Shown one piece after another: positions 47,592 through 58,590 of a DNA stretch of 64,000 bases (position 1 is the first letter of the stretch; each line of letters starts with the position of its first letter). Origin of the DNA: Anaerohalosphaeraceae bacterium (lineage in GTDB: Bacteria; Planctomycetota; Phycisphaerae; Sedimentisphaerales; Anaerohalosphaeraceae). A program made the position numbers and the translations under genes. Below the pieces are notes generated by a model. That model was not told where the DNA came from. It searched no databases and saw only the letters and a list, made by a program, of their open reading frames with translations. The DNA lies in NCBI GenBank assembly GCA_963675525.2, contig CAXXSL010000008.1, positions 192,001 through 256,000 on the forward strand, read 5' to 3'.

Positions 47592-48029
47592 TTAAATCTG
47601 ATAGTTGGAATTTTTCTTTCCGTGAAGCGATCTTTCTACTAAATCCGCCAGCGTCACAGATTCCAATACACCATTGATCGCATTCTGAAGTTCAGCCCAT
47701 ACATCACGCGTCGCACAGTCCATGCAACGGGGACAAAACTCGGGATGTTCAAGGCACTCGGCCGTAATCATCGGCCCTTCAAGGGTAACAAAAATTTCCT
47801 TTAGCCTGATTTCAGCTGGAGGCTTTGCCAACATATAGCCGCCCCGAGGACCGCGAAGACTGCGAACAAGGCCTGCAGCCTTCAGCATGGCAATAAGCTG
47901 CTCAAGATATTTATTCGAAATATCTTCCCGCTCGGCAATCATTTTGATCTGCAACGGTGCATTTCCGTACTCTTGTGCCAGTTCCAGAATCGCTCTCAAT
48001 CCATATCTGGCTCTTGATGATAATTTCAT
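47592..48029 (-). CDS. Rrf2-family regulator (IscR/CymR-like, three Cys)
   Basis: YGLRA, YLEQ, RGPRGGY, C.....C..C..C. Confidence 0.92.
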   Translation of the reverse strand: MKLSSRARYGLRAILELAQEYGNAPLQIKMIAEREDISNKYLEQLIAMLKAAGLVRSLRGPRGGYMLAKPPAEIRLKEIFVTLEGPMITAECLEHPEFCPRCMDCATRDVWAELQNAINGVLESVTLADLVERSLHGKKNSNYQI

Positions 48030-48042
48030 ACCTGTTCTCCTA

Positions 48043-48067
48043 ATATCCTATTTGTTTAGTAGTGTAC
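48043..48067. promoter_or_regulatory. Possible Rrf2 autoregulatory operator
   Basis: ATATCCTATTTGTTTAGTAGTGTAC just upstream of the SD; loosely resembles IscR-type 25-bp sites. Confidence 0.35.
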
Positions 48068-48287
48068 TTTTTTATATTACACTTTTCCTACTATATTGTG
48101 CAAGAAAAAAAACAAATTTCAATGAAATTTACAATAAAAGCTTATATTTGTCTTCTTTGTGGGTAATAGTGGGCAAAAACCCGGACAAATCCTACTTGCC
48201 CTACTTGTTGTTGACAGACTGTCGATTGATTCTATAATAAAACGTATCTTCTTTTAACCGGACTGTTTGTGCATGGAGAAATACGTT

Positions 48288-50591
48288 ATGCCAAAACATT
48301 CGTCTCGTAAAGTTGCGTTTGTTTCATCATTTTTGCCGAGAAGGTGTGGAATCGCGACTTTCAGTAATGACCTGATTACTCATATCTCAGCTTGCGCCCA
48401 TCCCTCATTTGAACCACTGGTCGTTGCCATGGTCACAAGCCGTGAACATCAATACAGTGAGCCGGTAAAATTTGAAATTCGGAAAAATGTTAAAAACGAT
48501 TATATTTGTGCGGCCGATTATTTAAATTTCAGCCACATTGATCTGGTCTGTGTCCAGCATGAATTCGGTCTTTTCGGCGGTGATGCCGGTAATTATCTGA
48601 ATCTTCTTTTAAAACGTGTCGATGTCCCGATCATTACGACGCTGCACACCGTCCTCGATGACCCGGATCCGTCCTATTTACAGTCCATGATCGATGTCTG
48701 CGCCCTGTCGGACAAGGTCATCGTGATGAACCATCGCGGCATCGAGATGCTTGAGCAGATATATGGGATTAATCCGGACAAAATCCTTCTTATCCCTCAC
48801 GGCATTCCTGACCTGCCGTTTGTGGACAGCAGTTACTATAAGCATAAATTCGGCATCGAAGGCCGAAAAACGATCTTGACATTTGGTTTGCTGAGCCGAA
48901 ATAAAGGAATCGAAACCATGCTGAAAGCAATGCCGGCCATCGTCGAAACGGACCCGACAGTGCTGTATATCATATTAGGTGCAACCCATCCGGATGTTCT
49001 GCGTCATGACGGCGAAGAATACCGTTTCGAGCTTCAGCGTATCGTCGAGGAATTGGGACTTCAGGAAAACGTCATGTTCTATAACCAGTTCGTCAGCGAA
49101 GAGCGGCTTCACAACTTTCTTTGTGCCGCAGATATTTATGTCACTCCTTATCAAAATCGCGAACAACTAACAAGCGGGACACTGGCATTTGCCGTCGGAG
49201 CCGGTAAAGCCGTCGTTTCGACGCCTTATTGGGCCGCAGAAGAATTGCTGAACGACAATCGGGGAAAACTGGTAGCCTTTAATGATCCCAAAGGCCTAAC
49301 CGATGCGATTATCGAGCTGATTCAGAATACGGAAATGTTTTCACGCCTGCGCCGTAGGGCATATGATTACGGCAGGACGATAACCTGGCCGACCATTGGA
49401 AAAAAATACTGGGATCTATTCAGCAAAAAAATAATTCCCGTCAAAACGTTAACGAAAACATTCAGCCAGAAAAAAGAGGCGGCTTCTCTGCTGGAAGTGC
49501 CGGAACCCTCTCTGAACCATTTACACGCACTAACCGACGAAACAGGTCTCATCCAGCATGCGAAATTCATACTGCCGAACCGAAATCACGGATATTGTAC
49601 TGACGACAATGCCCGTGCCGTTGTTGCGATGGTGAAATATTATACACAATATCCATCACGCGATGTGCTAAAGCTTTTCAGCACATACTTTGCGTTTATT
49701 TGCCATGCCCGGCGGGAAGACGGCACGTTACGGAATTTCATGGGGTATGACCGTCGCTGGATCGATCCGGAACCGGCTCATGACGGCCTTGGTCGTGCAT
49801 TGTGGGCGTTTGGATCAGCCATTGCGGCCGGACCACTTCGGGAAATGATCCCGGTTATCAAAGACTTCTTTGACAAATCGGCACGGCACATTCCAACGCT
49901 TTCACCGCGCGGCAAGGCTTATTCGATTTTCGGGATGCGCCACTATTTGAGTCAGTTCCCCGGAGCCAGCGATATTAAACGTCATATGCATATCGCCGCC
50001 GAGTATCTTGTTCATCTTTACGAACAGAACGCCGATGATGACTGGCAATGGTTTGAGAATATTTTAGCCTATGACAATGCGGTATTACCCCATGCCCTGT
50101 TTGAGGCTTATCTGACAGTAGGCAATGAAGCCTATCTTGATGTCGCTACTAAAACCTGCGACTTTCTCCTCGACAAAACCTTCGAACAGGACCATTTCAG
50201 TTTTGTCGGATGCCATGGATGGTACCCGCATAAGGGGACAAAAGCCCGATTCGATCAACAGCCGCTGGAGGCCGTCAGCACGGTCATGATGTGCGGGATC
50301 GCCTACAAAGCAACCGATAACCCCAACTATCTGAAACTGCAAAAAAAAGCGTTTGACTGGTTTCTCGGAGAAAATGACCTGTCCCTTCCGCTTTATGATT
50401 TCCGCACAAAAGGATGCCGTGACGGATTAGAAAAAACCTCCGTTAATTTAAATCAGGGCGCTGAAAGCACACTTAGTTTTCTGCTGGCACTGCTGGATAT
50501 TATTGAAAGTTACAATCCTCGCCGGCTCAACGGAAATACGCATGAGTCACAAACAAAAAGGTCTGATCGTCAGGCAAAAATAAGAGATTAA
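48288..50591 (+). CDS. GT4 glycosyltransferase fused to a C-terminal helical-barrel-like domain
   Basis: PRRCGIATF, QHEFG, IPHG, KGIE, TSGTL; C-terminal GYCTDDNAR, LAYDNA, FDQQP, NQGAES. Confidence 0.85.
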   Translation: MPKHSSRKVAFVSSFLPRRCGIATFSNDLITHISACAHPSFEPLVVAMVTSREHQYSEPVKFEIRKNVKNDYICAADYLNFSHIDLVCVQHEFGLFGGDAGNYLNLLLKRVDVPIITTLHTVLDDPDPSYLQSMIDVCALSDKVIVMNHRGIEMLEQIYGINPDKILLIPHGIPDLPFVDSSYYKHKFGIEGRKTILTFGLLSRNKGIETMLKAMPAIVETDPTVLYIILGATHPDVLRHDGEEYRFELQRIVEELGLQENVMFYNQFVSEERLHNFLCAADIYVTPYQNREQLTSGTLAFAVGAGKAVVSTPYWAAEELLNDNRGKLVAFNDPKGLTDAIIELIQNTEMFSRLRRRAYDYGRTITWPTIGKKYWDLFSKKIIPVKTLTKTFSQKKEAASLLEVPEPSLNHLHALTDETGLIQHAKFILPNRNHGYCTDDNARAVVAMVKYYTQYPSRDVLKLFSTYFAFICHARREDGTLRNFMGYDRRWIDPEPAHDGLGRALWAFGSAIAAGPLREMIPVIKDFFDKSARHIPTLSPRGKAYSIFGMRHYLSQFPGASDIKRHMHIAAEYLVHLYEQNADDDWQWFENILAYDNAVLPHALFEAYLTVGNEAYLDVATKTCDFLLDKTFEQDHFSFVGCHGWYPHKGTKARFDQQPLEAVSTVMMCGIAYKATDNPNYLKLQKKAFDWFLGENDLSLPLYDFRTKGCRDGLEKTSVNLNQGAESTLSFLLALLDIIESYNPRRLNGNTHESQTKRSDRQAKIRD

Positions 50592-50597
50592 TCGTCT

Positions 50598-51371
50598 ATG
50601 CGAGTCGCCACATTTAATGCCAATTCGTTACGCAGCCGATTGGATATTATCCTCAAATGGCTGGATACCCATCAGCCGGACATTCTGGCGATTCAGGAGA
50701 CCAAAGTCCAGGATAAAGATTTCCCAATCGAAGCCTTCGATCAAACCGGCTATCATGTCGTTTACCGCGGGCAAAAATCGTACAACGGTGTCGCTCTTCT
50801 CAGTAAAGAGCCGCCGGTTGAAATCGTCTCACATCTCAGCCAGGATCCGACCGATGCGGCACGTTTCCTGAAAGCCAAAATTGGCCCTGTCATCATTTTA
50901 AACACCTATATTCCTCAGGGAATGGATGTGAAGTCTGAAAAATTCCGATATAAATTGAACTGGTTCCAATGGCTGCATGAATATCTTCAAACACATCATC
51001 GCCCCCAAGAGCCTGTGATTTGGCTGGGCGATTTAAATGTTGCCCGTCAGGACATTGATGTTCACGACCCCAAGAGACTCTGGGGGCACGTTTGCTTCTG
51101 CGAATCCGTCCAGAATGCCTTCGAAAATATTGCAGAATGGGGATTTATCGATGTTTTTCGCAAATTTCACCCGGAACCCGACCATTATACCTTCTGGGAT
51201 TATCGCGTTCAGAACGGTTTTGAAAGAAATATCGGATGGCGGCTGGATTATATTATGGCCACGGCCCCGGCAGCAGCCGCCTGCATCAACTGCCGAATCG
51301 ACAAGGAACCCCGCGGATGGCCCGGCCCCAGCGACCACACATTTTTAATGGCTGAATTCGATATTGAGTAA
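50598..51371 (+). CDS. xth: Exodeoxyribonuclease III
   Basis: ATFNANS, QETK, YNGVA, GDLN, GWRLDY, SDH. Confidence 0.95.
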   Translation: MRVATFNANSLRSRLDIILKWLDTHQPDILAIQETKVQDKDFPIEAFDQTGYHVVYRGQKSYNGVALLSKEPPVEIVSHLSQDPTDAARFLKAKIGPVIILNTYIPQGMDVKSEKFRYKLNWFQWLHEYLQTHHRPQEPVIWLGDLNVARQDIDVHDPKRLWGHVCFCESVQNAFENIAEWGFIDVFRKFHPEPDHYTFWDYRVQNGFERNIGWRLDYIMATAPAAAACINCRIDKEPRGWPGPSDHTFLMAEFDIE

Positions 51372-51489
51372 AAATCTAATACAGTCAGCCTTGAATTTTA
51401 TGCAAAACCATGTATGATTTCGCATACTAAGGTGAATTTCAGGTAACAGAGACATTAAATGAGAATTAAAATCATTCAGGATAAGCCAA

Positions 51490-53031
51490 ATGGGCCCTGT
51501 AACGATATCCTATAAGCATTTTAGAGATTTGGTTGACAGCCGATCAAGCCGTTATTTTAATGCGGCCTGTTATGTTGTCAGGAACGCGGAAAGAAAGTAC
51601 ATCCTAACCCGTCCTTTATTGGGGGAACTATTATCACAGTCCACTCAAATCGAGGAATTGCTGGATTCTTACGGCGCCCGCAATAACTGCCGCTGGGCTC
51701 GATTTCGCTCTCTAACCGCTGCGATCAAACTCTTTGCCAATGTCAGTTACGAACTGCTCCACATTCAGCATTCGATCCCCGCCTATCGGCTTCTTCATGT
51801 TGAACAGGATTTTTCCAAAATAACCGAAGAAACGCTTCTTTTTTCTGAGGAGATACTGATACGGTCAGCCAGGCAGTTGTTGGAAGAAGCGGAAAAACTT
51901 CACCTGCCTCTGCCTGAGGCTTCCAGCGAGAATGGCTTTTACGGTGAACAATTGCCATCCGGACGCTTGCCGCATGATTTGGCGATGCGTAAAGTGGAAG
52001 CGGTCTCCCAAACGGTCACACTGCTGGCAACCGCGTTTCTTAATCTGGCCGCAGAAAGCAAGCGGGTGCTTCCCCGCAAAAAGGCTGAACCCAAGTCCTA
52101 TCTCTGTGAGCTTACCGGCCCGATCAGTGAAGAAAAACTCCGCTCGCTGGAACTTCGTTTTCATAATCTTCAGTCTCTTTATGATACCTATGTCTCTACG
52201 ACAGAAACCGAAGTCCTTGACAAAGACCTTCCTATTCTTCGCGGTCACATCAGTGTTGTCCTGCACCTGCTGCGAACAGCACGTGATCTGGCGCATTACT
52301 ATGAGCGTCACGCCGGCCCTGCTGCCCAGCATATTACCAAGGGCCGAAAACGCCTGGTCGAACCTGAAAAACTTCTTGAAACACTCATTCATTACTGTAT
52401 CCATTTCGTATCCCAATTTCTGGACTGTGCTGAACTGCTTTGTCAAAACATGCTGAAGCGCTACATGGAGATCGGCCAGATCGATGTGCCGGTTCCGCCC
52501 TATCGCGGCTTCCATGTACGCCCGTCAACCCTGATCTCCAAGCTGGTTCTGCATTACGGAAGCAGCGTCACAATGAATATGGAAGGCGACACATACGATG
52601 CCAGCTCTCCGTTGGAATTATTCCGTGCCAACGAGAAAATCAATGCTCATAAACGCCGTTTTCTTGCCGAGGAAATTATCAAGCTGGACATGGTTTCTCA
52701 AAAAATAAACGGTACGAATTGTTATGCGGTGATTCGCAATGTTATCATGACACTGGCCGAACATGGCAAAATTGTTATTTATGAGCAGCCTCTGAAAATT
52801 GAACAAAAACCACTTCAATGCGAAGCGAATCTTCTGGAACGGGTCACCGATGAAATCGCCAAGCTTCTGGTCACCGGAAAAATTGACATTGTCACAGATA
52901 TTAACGCCGGCTTCGTCGGAGATAAACGAGTTCTGGAAGATATTAAACTGCTTGCGAACTGCGGTTATGGTGAAGATACATTCGGCAACAACATCCCGCT
53001 GCCGGAACAGCTTCAATACCTGCGACAGTAA
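51490..53031 (+). CDS. Large helical protein with an embedded HPr-like domain
   Basis: RGFHVRPST (HPr His15 motif) and DASS (Ser46 region) at about residues 340-375. Confidence 0.7.
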   Translation: MGPVTISYKHFRDLVDSRSSRYFNAACYVVRNAERKYILTRPLLGELLSQSTQIEELLDSYGARNNCRWARFRSLTAAIKLFANVSYELLHIQHSIPAYRLLHVEQDFSKITEETLLFSEEILIRSARQLLEEAEKLHLPLPEASSENGFYGEQLPSGRLPHDLAMRKVEAVSQTVTLLATAFLNLAAESKRVLPRKKAEPKSYLCELTGPISEEKLRSLELRFHNLQSLYDTYVSTTETEVLDKDLPILRGHISVVLHLLRTARDLAHYYERHAGPAAQHITKGRKRLVEPEKLLETLIHYCIHFVSQFLDCAELLCQNMLKRYMEIGQIDVPVPPYRGFHVRPSTLISKLVLHYGSSVTMNMEGDTYDASSPLELFRANEKINAHKRRFLAEEIIKLDMVSQKINGTNCYAVIRNVIMTLAEHGKIVIYEQPLKIEQKPLQCEANLLERVTDEIAKLLVTGKIDIVTDINAGFVGDKRVLEDIKLLANCGYGEDTFGNNIPLPEQLQYLRQ

Positions 53032-53103
53032 TCATCGTTTCCCATGCTTTGGATTTAATATGTCACATCAATCTGTTTACGATCAACACAGAAAGGACCC
53101 TAA

Positions 53104-55380
53104 GTGAGTCAGGATTTTTTTCAGCAAATTTCAAACGAACTGAATTTACCCCTTAAACAGATCGGCGCCACGGCCTCTTTATTGGCCGAAGGCGCAACGG
53201 TTCCGTTTATTGCCCGCTATCGCAAGGAAGCAACGGGAATGCTGGACGAGGTGGCCATTGCTCAAATTCGGGATCGACTGGCCCAACTGGCCGAACTGAA
53301 TCAGCGAAAAGAAACCATCCTCAAGTCGCTGACTGAACGAGAGCTTCTAACCGACGAGCTTAAGCTTCAGATCGAAGCGGCCCTGACAATGACCGCCTTG
53401 GAGGATATTTATCTGCCCCATCGTCCTAAACGACGTACACGGGCGATGGTCGCTCGCGAAAAGGGACTGGAGCCGCTTGCAATACTTTTGCTGTCACAGA
53501 ATGAAAAAACAGTTCCGGAGACAGAAGCGGCCGCATTTATCTGCCCCGAAAACGGCATTGAAAACGCGGATCAGGCGATTGCCGGAGCTCGCGATATTTT
53601 AGCCGAACAATTCAGTGAAGACAAAACTGCCCGAGAACAGATTCGAGAGCTTTACTTCAGTAAAGGCTTTTTCCAGACAAAGCTTATCAAGGGTAAAGAA
53701 ACGCAGGCTCAGAAATACGAGAACTATTTTGACTGGACCGAACCGGTTGCTTCGGCGCCATCTCACCGGATTCTTGCAATGCGGCGGGGTGAAAAAGAGG
53801 AATACCTGACACTTCGAATCAAGATCGACGAAGAACAGGCGCAAGCCATCCTGGAAAAGCTGTTTGTCGTCAACAACAGTCCATGTGCTCAACAGGTTAA
53901 GACGGCGATCGAAGACGGATTCAAACGCCTGCTTTCCTCATCCATGGAAACCGAAGTCCGCCTGGAAACAAAAAAACGGGCGGACATCGAAGCCATTCGG
54001 GTCTTTGCAGAAAATCTTCAGCAGCTTTTAATGGCGGCGCCACTGGGACAAAAACGCCTCCTGGCAGTTGACCCGGGATTTCGCACCGGCTGCAAAATTG
54101 TCATCTTGAACGAACAGGGGAAACTGCTGACTCATGACGTCATTTTTCCGCACAACAGCCCCCAAAAAGCCGAACAGGATGCCGAGAAGATTCGCAAACT
54201 CTGTTCGGAGTTCAAAATTGAAGTCGTTGCGATTGGCAACGGCACGGCTGGCCGGGAAACCGAAGCCTATTTTCGCACAATGGGTCTGAGCAAAGACATT
54301 CTCATCGTCATGGTCAATGAAAGCGGTGCGTCGGTTTACTCTGCCTCGGAAGCTGCCCGCGAGGAATTCCCAAACGAAGACATCACTGTCCGGGGATCGG
54401 TTTCCATCGGAAGACGGCTGATGGACCCGCTGGCGGAGATGGTCAAGATCGATCCCAAATCAATCGGCGTCGGGCAGTATCAGCATGACGTCGAACAAAA
54501 CCTGCTCAGGCAAGGGCTGGACGATGTCGTCGTCAGTTGCGTTAACAAGGTCGGCGTCGAAGTCAATACCGCCAGCAAGCAGTTGCTGATGTATGTGTCG
54601 GGATTGGGACCTCAGTTGGCCCAAAAGATCGTCGATTTCCGTAATGATAACGGGCCGTTCGGGTCCCGGCAGGATTTGACAAATGTGCCGCGGCTGGGCG
54701 CCCGCGCCTTCGAACAGGCCGCCGGCTTTTTGCGAATTCAGGACGCTGTCAATCCTCTGGATGCCAGCGCCGTTCACCCGGAAAGTTATTGCGTCGTCGA
54801 GCAGATGGCATCGGACCTGAACTGTACCGTCAACGACCTTATAAACAGCCAGGACCTGCGCGGCAGGATCGATCTGAAACACTATATCACAGACACAATC
54901 GGTTTGCCGACACTAACGGATATTCTGGCGGAATTGGCCAAGCCCGGCCGGGATCCCCGTGATAAATTCGAGACATTCGCTTTCGCCGAAGAGGTTGAAA
55001 AAATTGGAGACCTCAAACCGGGTATGAAACTGCCCGGAATCGTCACCAATATCACAGCCTTTGGCGCATTTGTCGATATCGGCGTGCATCAGGACGGCCT
55101 GGTTCATATCAGCGAAATGGCAAACAGCTTTGTCAAAGACCCCGCCGATGTCGTCAAGGTTCATCAGCCCGTTCAGGTGACTGTTTTGGAAGTGGACACC
55201 GAGAAAAAGCGGATCAAGCTGTCCATGAAAGAAGCCAAACCTACCCCGCAGGAAAAACCGACAACTCCCAAAAAGCGGACGCCCCCGCCTGCACAAAAAT
55301 CCAAACAGGCAAAACCCCATACAAAAGGGTCCGTGGATCCTGAAAAACCGCTGGCCGGCCAGTTAACATTAGGGATGTAG
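53104..55380 (+). CDS. tex: Tex-family RNA-binding transcription accessory protein
   Basis: GATVPFIARYRKE, DPGFRTGCK, GVGQYQHD, C-terminal S1 domain. Confidence 0.95.
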   Translation: MSQDFFQQISNELNLPLKQIGATASLLAEGATVPFIARYRKEATGMLDEVAIAQIRDRLAQLAELNQRKETILKSLTERELLTDELKLQIEAALTMTALEDIYLPHRPKRRTRAMVAREKGLEPLAILLLSQNEKTVPETEAAAFICPENGIENADQAIAGARDILAEQFSEDKTAREQIRELYFSKGFFQTKLIKGKETQAQKYENYFDWTEPVASAPSHRILAMRRGEKEEYLTLRIKIDEEQAQAILEKLFVVNNSPCAQQVKTAIEDGFKRLLSSSMETEVRLETKKRADIEAIRVFAENLQQLLMAAPLGQKRLLAVDPGFRTGCKIVILNEQGKLLTHDVIFPHNSPQKAEQDAEKIRKLCSEFKIEVVAIGNGTAGRETEAYFRTMGLSKDILIVMVNESGASVYSASEAAREEFPNEDITVRGSVSIGRRLMDPLAEMVKIDPKSIGVGQYQHDVEQNLLRQGLDDVVVSCVNKVGVEVNTASKQLLMYVSGLGPQLAQKIVDFRNDNGPFGSRQDLTNVPRLGARAFEQAAGFLRIQDAVNPLDASAVHPESYCVVEQMASDLNCTVNDLINSQDLRGRIDLKHYITDTIGLPTLTDILAELAKPGRDPRDKFETFAFAEEVEKIGDLKPGMKLPGIVTNITAFGAFVDIGVHQDGLVHISEMANSFVKDPADVVKVHQPVQVTVLEVDTEKKRIKLSMKEAKPTPQEKPTTPKKRTPPPAQKSKQAKPHTKGSVDPEKPLAGQLTLGM

Positions 55381-55397
55381 AGACGTTTTTGGGTACC

Positions 55398-56525
55398 CTA
55401 AGGGCTTAGGCTGTCCGCAGTTTCGGGCGACGTCTTTTCATCATCCGGCGACACGGACTCCGGCGCCGGAATGTCTTCGATCAACTCCGAAAGCGGCTTG
55501 GTCAAGTCGCCGGCCTTAGAGGAGGGAATCAGGTAAATCCAATCCCGATGCGCCGCGTTGAATTCCTTGACCACATCGATTGCCAGCAATTTAGCCTCTT
55601 TCTTTTTCAACTCCTCATCCGACTCCACTTGCCCAACCGTCTTCTCGACCGGCGTTTTATCCAGAAAATCCGCAGAAGCCTTGATATAGGTCTTGCCATC
55701 CTTTTGGGCGATCGACAGCTTATAGACGGTCAGGTCGTACAGTTTACAGATATAGGTACCATCAAAACTCAAATCCTGCGGAACATTCGAGGGCCCGATG
55801 ACATCTTCAAAACGCAGTGAACTGAGGGCATTATAAACCGTTTGGCAAACCGTATTTTTAGACTGCTTGCCGTCGGGCATCTTCTCGAGCTTGATTTCAT
55901 CGCTGCCTTGCGGCGAAGACAGAACATAGCTGCTGTCGGCGGTTTTAACGGCGACACTGCTGATGGTGTCACGCGGAACGCTTAACAGATCGGTATCAAT
56001 ATAGTCGATCGCCTTGGTTTTAAACCACGGTGCACCCTGAATAGCATACACATCGTCACTGGACAAAAGACGAGCCTTTGCGGTATTTGTTTCGAGATCC
56101 GTTTCCGAAAATATCAGCGTCACGATCGGTTTTGCTTCGCTGTCTAAAAAGGAAATGAGATAACGGGCCGTTTCTTCGGTTACCTTTAAATCTGCATGGT
56201 TAGCCGGATTCGAGGTAATTTTCTCGACAGTTCGAACATCAAGGCATTGATTGACCACATTATTGATCTTGCTGACATCGGCCGGATAATTATCTTTATC
56301 ACGGACAACAAACGAACCGTTTCCCCTTGAGAGGTTAACCGTCTGACTGCCGTTCTCACTGGTAATCCGTATGGCGTCAACCGAATCGATATCCAGCCCT
56401 TCGATCAGCGCCGAGTTGCTGAAATCGGCCATGTGGACATTGCGGCTCATGTGATGCTGCACGACCGCTGCGGCAGCGATGAGTACGGCAACAACTCCTA
56501 ACAAGGTAAGCTTTTTATCACTCAT
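55398..56525 (-). CDS. DUF4340-like periplasmic protein of a Gld-type ABC system
   Basis: N-terminal TM anchor, YPAD motif; last gene of the ABC operon. Confidence 0.7.
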   Translation of the reverse strand: MSDKKLTLLGVVAVLIAAAAVVQHHMSRNVHMADFSNSALIEGLDIDSVDAIRITSENGSQTVNLSRGNGSFVVRDKDNYPADVSKINNVVNQCLDVRTVEKITSNPANHADLKVTEETARYLISFLDSEAKPIVTLIFSETDLETNTAKARLLSSDDVYAIQGAPWFKTKAIDYIDTDLLSVPRDTISSVAVKTADSSYVLSSPQGSDEIKLEKMPDGKQSKNTVCQTVYNALSSLRFEDVIGPSNVPQDLSFDGTYICKLYDLTVYKLSIAQKDGKTYIKASADFLDKTPVEKTVGQVESDEELKKKEAKLLAIDVVKEFNAAHRDWIYLIPSSKAGDLTKPLSELIEDIPAPESVSPDDEKTSPETADSLSP

Positions 56526-56604
56526 TTGTGCTCTTCTCCTGTCACATTCTCTTTATTCAGACTAACCACAATCTTGCTCGTGAAACGTATCATCGGTAAG
56601 GCTA

Positions 56605-58590
56605 TCAGGAATCACTGGCATGGCTGATATACCGCCTGCGTTTGACACTGCGATAAATCCCCAAACCCACGGCAATCACCAATATCAACGCCGGCCCCGG
56701 CAACGTGCAGAAGTTCCGCAACTGCGTTTTGAGTGTCTCTACCCGCTGGCGCTTCTGCATCTTGATGTCCCGTAACTGCTTTTCAGCCTCGCGCAACTCC
56801 AACTCGATCTTTTTCTTTTCTTCAATGATCGTCTGGCTGATCAGGGCTCCTTTGTCGTCGCCCTGGATTGATTGAATTTTTTCATTCAACTGCTGTTCGA
56901 AACCCTTGATTTTGGCCTGGATACGTGTTTCCTCGTCGGAGGTTTCCGCATCCGCTTTGGCCTCGATCGCGTCAACCACCGTAAAGGGACGCTTGAAGTT
57001 GCCGCGGGAACGGATCGAGATCAACTGCTCCGAACCGGACAGGTCTTCAAGGGCGTTCAGGAGAAACGTGCCGTTGTCGCCAACCGGCGAAATACCGAAA
57101 AATGTCCGCTGATAGGCCACCAGGTCGCTGAGCATGTCCACATCGGCCAGTACCATAACCGCACCCGGTTCCACAGACTCAGTCAAACCGGTCACCTTTT
57201 CAGTCTTTGCTTGACCGGCTTGATCTGCTGGTTGTGAATTTTCATCATCCTCGGATTCGACCGGCACCTCGATCCCATCCGGAAACGCACTCTTAAAGGT
57301 TCCGGTCACCAGATAAGCCATTGTCACCGGCTTTTTCCCATCCCGAAACTCGCGTATAAATTTGGCATAGTCCGGATTCATCAATTCAAAATCATTGGCA
57401 ACCGTCCACGTATTGCCCGTATCCGAGGTCGATAGCAGCGGCGTATAAGTCAACGTGGTCATTTCAGCACCTTCGGCCGCCTCCCGTACTTTCAGCACAC
57501 CGGGAAACACCATGGTGACTTCATTGAGTTGGGCAGTAATCGGTTTATCAGTATTAAAACAGCCATACGCAGCTTCAAGCTTCATAATGCTCAAAATCCG
57601 TTCCGGCCGCTGACCGGGACGTGTCGAACCAATGACCGACAGTTTGCGGTCGCCGGAAAACGTGTTAGCCGGCATAACCAGACCCCAATTGCCAACCAGC
57701 TTTTTCAGATTGGATGCCGTGCTGTACTGACCGCTCATACGTTGGTTCATGTCCGGCATATCCGCGACACAATGCGGATCCACCGTGACGATCGCCCGCC
57801 CGCCCTTGAGAATGAACTGATCGATCGCAAAGAGCGTTTTCTCGGCTAAGTCTTTGGGATGGATAACCAGCAAAAAATCCACATCCTTGATGTCATCGGT
57901 ATCAACCGGAATCGTCGTGATATCGTATTGTTCTTCAAGCTGCCGGATAATCCCCCATTTCTGTTTGGGCTGCTGACCCTGCATTTGTTTCATCTGGGCC
58001 ATGTACCCCGTATCCCCCATCAAATCCAGCGAACTTAAAATACCCACGCGTTTTTTCTGGCGGGTAACAGCCGTATCGATCAGATAGCTGATATCATATT
58101 CGACAAGCTGCTGGCGATCCGGAGCAAAAAAATCAATGGTCTTTGTCACACCAAACTGTGTTTGGACGACGAGACCGAAAATAAAGTTTTCATCTTCGGT
58201 GATTGTGAAACGTTTTAAGCCGTGTCGGATCGCGGCCAGTTCCTCCTCGCTGTAAGGCCTCGGGTCGATCACCTCCAGCACCACCTTACCATTCGCCTGG
58301 GCTGCGTATTCCTCCAAAAGAGCTCTGACATAAGTGTAATAATTGTTGTAATAACGAATCTGGTCAATAGAGGATTTAACCGCAGCAGTCTTGGTATAAA
58401 ACAGCTTCACGGTGATCGGCTGTTTCAGACTCGCCAAAATCTCTTTAGTCCCGCCGGAAAGCGTGTATAACTTATGCTCCGTTAAATCTATTTTGGCGGT
58501 TTTCAAGACACCGTGACAAATTGAGATCGCCGAAACGGCAATAACCATGACAAACAAAATAGCTAAAATCGCACGTGTCATTCTGCTCAT
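56605..58590 (-). CDS. GldG-like ABC auxiliary component
   Basis: DLTEHKLYTLS.GT, EYDIS, IDQFILKGG, N..F.LN; C-terminal coiled coil plus TM. Confidence 0.85.
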   Translation of the reverse strand: MSRMTRAILAILFVMVIAVSAISICHGVLKTAKIDLTEHKLYTLSGGTKEILASLKQPITVKLFYTKTAAVKSSIDQIRYYNNYYTYVRALLEEYAAQANGKVVLEVIDPRPYSEEELAAIRHGLKRFTITEDENFIFGLVVQTQFGVTKTIDFFAPDRQQLVEYDISYLIDTAVTRQKKRVGILSSLDLMGDTGYMAQMKQMQGQQPKQKWGIIRQLEEQYDITTIPVDTDDIKDVDFLLVIHPKDLAEKTLFAIDQFILKGGRAIVTVDPHCVADMPDMNQRMSGQYSTASNLKKLVGNWGLVMPANTFSGDRKLSVIGSTRPGQRPERILSIMKLEAAYGCFNTDKPITAQLNEVTMVFPGVLKVREAAEGAEMTTLTYTPLLSTSDTGNTWTVANDFELMNPDYAKFIREFRDGKKPVTMAYLVTGTFKSAFPDGIEVPVESEDDENSQPADQAGQAKTEKVTGLTESVEPGAVMVLADVDMLSDLVAYQRTFFGISPVGDNGTFLLNALEDLSGSEQLISIRSRGNFKRPFTVVDAIEAKADAETSDEETRIQAKIKGFEQQLNEKIQSIQGDDKGALISQTIIEEKKKIELELREAEKQLRDIKMQKRQRVETLKTQLRNFCTLPGPALILVIAVGLGIYRSVKRRRYISHASDS

